Below the pieces are notes generated by a model. That model saw nothing but the letters and a program-made list of their open reading frames with translations, was not told the origin of the DNA and did not search any database. The position numbers and the translations under genes are program-made. 16,989 nucleotides of DNA from the NCBI GenBank assembly GCA_041288045.1, contig JBGGMM010000084.1, positions 1 through 16,989 on the forward strand. Reading direction: 5' to 3'. Source of the stretch: Pseudobdellovibrionaceae bacterium. Lineage in GTDB: Bacteria > Bdellovibrionota > Bdellovibrionia > Bdellovibrionales > Bdellovibrionaceae. Shown here piece after piece: positions 14,425 to 16,989 of this stretch; position 1 is the first letter of the stretch, and the number at the start of each line of letters is the position of its first letter.

Positions 14425-16485
14425 TTAGCGCAAGGCAATTAACTGTGCGATCAACAGCGACACGACTGACATGACCTTGATCAAAATTGCAATTCCGGGA
14501 CCTGAGGTGTCTTTGAAGGGATCGCCGACTGTGTCGCCGACAACTGCGGCTTTGTGGGCATCACTGCCCTTCGGGTGTCCTGGCAGGCCACCTTTTTCGA
14601 TGAATTTTTTGGCATTGTCCCAAGCTCCACCGGCATTGGCCATGAACAGAGACATTGTTGCACCGACGGCTAGAGCTCCTGCTAGAAGACCTGCTAAGGC
14701 TTGTGGGCCCAAAACAAATCCGACGAACACGGGAGCTAAAATGGCAATCATTCCAGGCAGAATCATTTCATACAGAGCTGCAGTTGTGGCGATATCCACA
14801 ATTTTTGCTGGCTGAGGCTCTGCTTTGCCTTGAAGAAGGCCTGGAATTTCTTTGAACTGACGAGCAATTTCTTTGACGATTTTGCCAGCCGCGCGACCCA
14901 CTGCTGTCATGGTGGTTGAACCCACTAAGAATGGCAGAATAGAGCCCAAAAGAATTCCAATCAGAACTCCGCTCGAAGTCAGCTCCAAAGACATGACCGC
15001 CTGACCAGCACTTTCCCGGATGTGATTGACTTCCATATTGAAGGCCGAAAACAAAGCGAGAACTGTCAAAATCGCAGAACCAATTGCAAAACCTTTTCCG
15101 ATGGCTGCTGTTGTGTTTCCAACTGCATCGAGCTCATCAGTGATGCTGCGAACTTCTTTGCCCAGTCCGCTCATCTCAGAAATTCCACCGGCATTGTCAG
15201 CAATCGGACCGTAAGCATCCACTGTCATCACCACAGCAGTACCCGCGAGCATTCCGACAGCCGAAAGTGCGATTCCATAAAGACCCAAAGCTCGGTCGGC
15301 GATGTAAGCTGCCACGACAACAATCACCATTGGAATGGCTGTTGATTCCATACCTACTGCCAAGCCTCGAATCACGCCAGTGGCAGGCCCGGTCAAATTG
15401 GCTTCAGCTACAGTGCGAATGGGCTTTGCAGCTGTGTAATATTCAGTGATCAATCCAATCAAAGCTCCACCGAAAGCGCCTGCTGCCAAAGCCACAGTGA
15501 CGTTTTGAGAGATGTCCCACATCGGCATCAAAAGCGCTGAAGCTGCAGTCAAAATCACCGGCGGAATGATCAAGCTTGTGCGCAAAACAGTTGCTGGTTT
15601 TGAATTTGAAAAAAGTCGAGCGGCAAAAATCACCACAATTGAAATTGCCAAACCCAAAGCGGAAAGCACCAAGGGCAGAACTGTTGCTGCTGTTCGGTGT
15701 TCATTCACGTCTCCGGCTGAAACCAGCTGAACCATTTTATCGGCAGGCAAAGTCAAAGCAATCGCCATCGCAGAGACAATCGCAGCCACCATGGATTCAT
15801 AAATATCAGCACCCATTCCGGCCACATCACCGACGTTGTCACCGACGTTATCGGCGATCACTCCTGGATTTCGTGGATCGTCTTCAGGAATTCCTTCGAC
15901 AACCTTGCCAGCAATATCAGCTCCGACGTCAGCCGCTTTTGTGTAAATGCCGCCACCGATACGAGCAAAAAGAGCAATCGAACTGGCACCCACGGCAAAA
16001 GAGTGAAGCACAGTCCCGACTCCGTCAGTGCCAGCATAAATCCAGTAAAGAGCGCCCAGACCCGCAAGTCCCAGCCCAGCAACAGCAAGCCCCATCACAG
16101 CGCCACCATCCAAGGCCACTAAAAGAGCTTTGGCTTTTGAACCGGTGCTCGCCGCTTGAGTGGTTCGCACGTTGGCGTAAGTGGCCGCTTTCATCCCGAA
16201 GAATCCAGCCAGCAAACTGAGGAAGGCACCGAGTACGAAGCACGCAGCCGCGACCCAACCAAGGGCGAGACCCAAAGCAATGCCAACAACCAAAGCGTAA
16301 ACAGCTAGAACTTTGTATTCACGCACCAGAAAAGCCATCGCTCCTTCACGAATATAACCAGCAATGCGATTCATCGTTTCATTGCCTTCAGGCTGAGCTT
16401 TCACGCGAAAGTAAAAGAACAGGGCCACGACCAAGCCGACAGCACCGGCGATCACTGGCGAGATCAAATAACTCATTGCACTCAT
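14425..16485 (-). CDS. hppA: Membrane-bound ion-translocating pyrophosphatase, K+-dependent type (likely Na+-PPase)
   Basis: [71 protein letters not shown] and [21 protein letters not shown] upstream. Confidence 0.97.
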   Translation of the reverse strand: MSAMSYLISPVIAGAVGLVVALFFYFRVKAQPEGNETMNRIAGYIREGAMAFLVREYKVLAVYALVVGIALGLALGWVAAACFVLGAFLSLLAGFFGMKAATYANVRTTQAASTGSKAKALLVALDGGAVMGLAVAGLGLAGLGALYWIYAGTDGVGTVLHSFAVGASSIALFARIGGGIYTKAADVGADIAGKVVEGIPEDDPRNPGVIADNVGDNVGDVAGMGADIYESMVAAIVSAMAIALTLPADKMVQLVSAGDVNEHRTAATVLPLVLSALGLAISIVVIFAARLFSNSKPATVLRTSLIIPPVILTAASALLMPMWDISQNVTVALAAGAFGGALIGLITEYYTAAKPIRTVAEANLTGPATGVIRGLAVGMESTAIPMVIVVVAAYIADRALGLYGIALSAVGMLAGTAVVMTVDAYGPIADNAGGISEMSGLGKEVRSITDELDAVGNTTAAIGKGFAIGSAILTVLALFSAFNMEVNHIRESAGQAVMSLELTSSGVLIGILLGSILPFLVGSTTMTAVGRAAGKIVKEIARQFKEIPGLLQGKAEPQPAKIVDIATTAALYEMILPGMIAILAPVFVGFVLGPQALAGLLAGALAVGATMSLFMANAGGAWDNAKKFIEKGGLPGHPKGSDAHKAAVVGDTVGDPFKDTSGPGIAILIKVMSVVSLLIAQLIALR

Positions 16486-16606
16486 GATGGTTTCCTTTTC
16501 TGCGGTTAATGACTGCGCTTTGAAAGAATCAGGTATCGCGTAAGTCCCGGTTTTCTGTCAATCAAAGGCCCATGAACTGGGTGAATTTGCTGAATCTTTA
16601 AGCATC

Positions 16607-16840
16607 ATGGCACCAACCTGGCCGCAAAGCGCGAATAGCTCTGGTTCCACTTCACAGACCGCTTACCACTTTGAAGTCAACGGTTGCTCGACTGGCATTC
16701 ACTTCATTGGAGCTTCTGAACCCAATGTCATGTATCGAATGCTCTGCCAAGCTCTGCGGGATGAAAGCCGCAACAAAGCTTGCGCCAAACAAGAACGCGA
16801 AGAATTATTCTTTGAATCTGAATGTGAGAATTATCTTTGA
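16607..16840 (+). CDS. Small 4-Cys hypothetical protein, possibly lacking its N-terminus because of a frameshift
   Basis: YHFEVNGCSTGIHF...LCQALRDESRNKACA..RE.LF...C pattern looks like a compact disulfide-bonded module. No strong SD. Confidence 0.5.
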   Translation: MAPTWPQSANSSGSTSQTAYHFEVNGCSTGIHFIGASEPNVMYRMLCQALRDESRNKACAKQEREELFFESECENYL

Positions 16841-16989
16841 AATTTTAAAAACTGGCCTACCTTGCTGTGCATTTGAAAGGTGACTTTCTGAGTCTATCAT
16901 TCTCATGCATGGCCAGAATCTTGCCCTGATGGCGGGGCATGAGTGCCAAATGCCCCTTATGCCTTCCTCACCCCTTCAATCGTCCGAAT

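Noticed and set aside
1008..16883. Numerous antisense and alternate-frame ORFs overlapping the called genes
   Set aside because: They are shadow ORFs of well-supported genes, with no motifs or translation signals.
16873..16989. Possible promoter (TTGAAA...TATCAT) and an ORF start running off the right edge
   Set aside because: Too short to assess, with no recognisable protein motif.

Overview
Bacterial chromosomal segment of mostly housekeeping and envelope genes. The gene families suggest a Bdellovibrionota-like organism (inference only). Left to right: a 5'-truncated HNH endonuclease gene broken by one in-frame TAG and ending close to the 3' end of tRNA-His(GUG); a DUF72 protein; a secreted FecR-like/Cys-rich protein coupled to a GT2 glycosyltransferase; a putative beta-barrel gene plus an orphan mreB; a class IV aminotransferase with plant-type motifs; a lipoprotein beta-carbonic anhydrase; metG, a SpoU/TrmH methyltransferase and trmO; a papain-like secreted protein, an MFS transporter and a GLG1-repeat protein; a ~660 bp non-coding gap; a K+-dependent membrane pyrophosphatase; and a small Cys-containing ORF. 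The least explained element is the 13760-14424 gap. It is dense with long, partly interlocking hairpins, including a ~180 nt rod-like fold, and is a candidate structured ncRNA (6S-like or novel). All calls come from reading the sequence by eye; no searches or folding programs were run.
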